A model generated the notes under the pieces. The model had not been told where the DNA came from. It searched no databases and saw only the letters and a program-made list of their open reading frames with translations. A DNA stretch of 64,000 bases, from the NCBI GenBank assembly GCA_040954595.2, contig CM082578.2:16228998-16292997 (forward strand), written 5' to 3'. Origin of the DNA: Balanoglossus misakiensis. Its lineage: Eukaryota; Animalia; Hemichordata. Of the stretch, positions 63,826 to 64,000 are shown in pieces. A program made the translations under genes and the position numbers. Each line of letters begins with the position of its first letter. Positions within the stretch are counted from its first letter, which is position 1.

Positions 63826-64000
63826 CAAGAAATACACATAAAGGTGGATATGATTAGTTGTATCTTCCACTATGGAAAAAAAAACTGTATCAAAACAATC
63901 AATTTTCGCCAAGTCATTGTATGCAGAGCAACTGAGAAAATGCTTTAAAGGGACAAAGTCTCTCTCTCGCTGCCCCTTTTCCATTAATTATTTGATCCAA

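Overview
Intron-rich eukaryotic DNA, by gene content and repeat style probably a marine invertebrate deuterostome such as a hemichordate (inference). Exon chains were read by hand from splice sites. Left to right: a candidate spliced non-coding gene with a TCT/5'TOP start built from duplicated exon-intron units plus a ~127-bp tandem repeat (-); a small secreted two-EF-hand protein (-); repeat-rich intergenic DNA; ARPC4 (-); NEK4 (-) carrying two apparently duplicated 18-nt microexons; a divergent OATP/SLCO (-); an intronless AANAT-like GNAT acetyltransferase (+); an SLC16/MCT transporter (+); an OxlT-like MFS transporter (+); a tail-to-tail pair of paralogous adaptor genes, RBD-SH2-WW-like (+) and Death-RBD-SH2 with the phosphotyrosine-binding Arg replaced by His (-); ING3 (+); and the 3' end of an unidentified gene (-). 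Several MITEs (TTAA- and TAA-flanked) and two ultra-short palindromic insertions with 7-bp target-site duplications are present. The best novelty candidates are the RBD-SH2 gene pair, the duplicated NEK4 microexons and the TCT non-coding gene.
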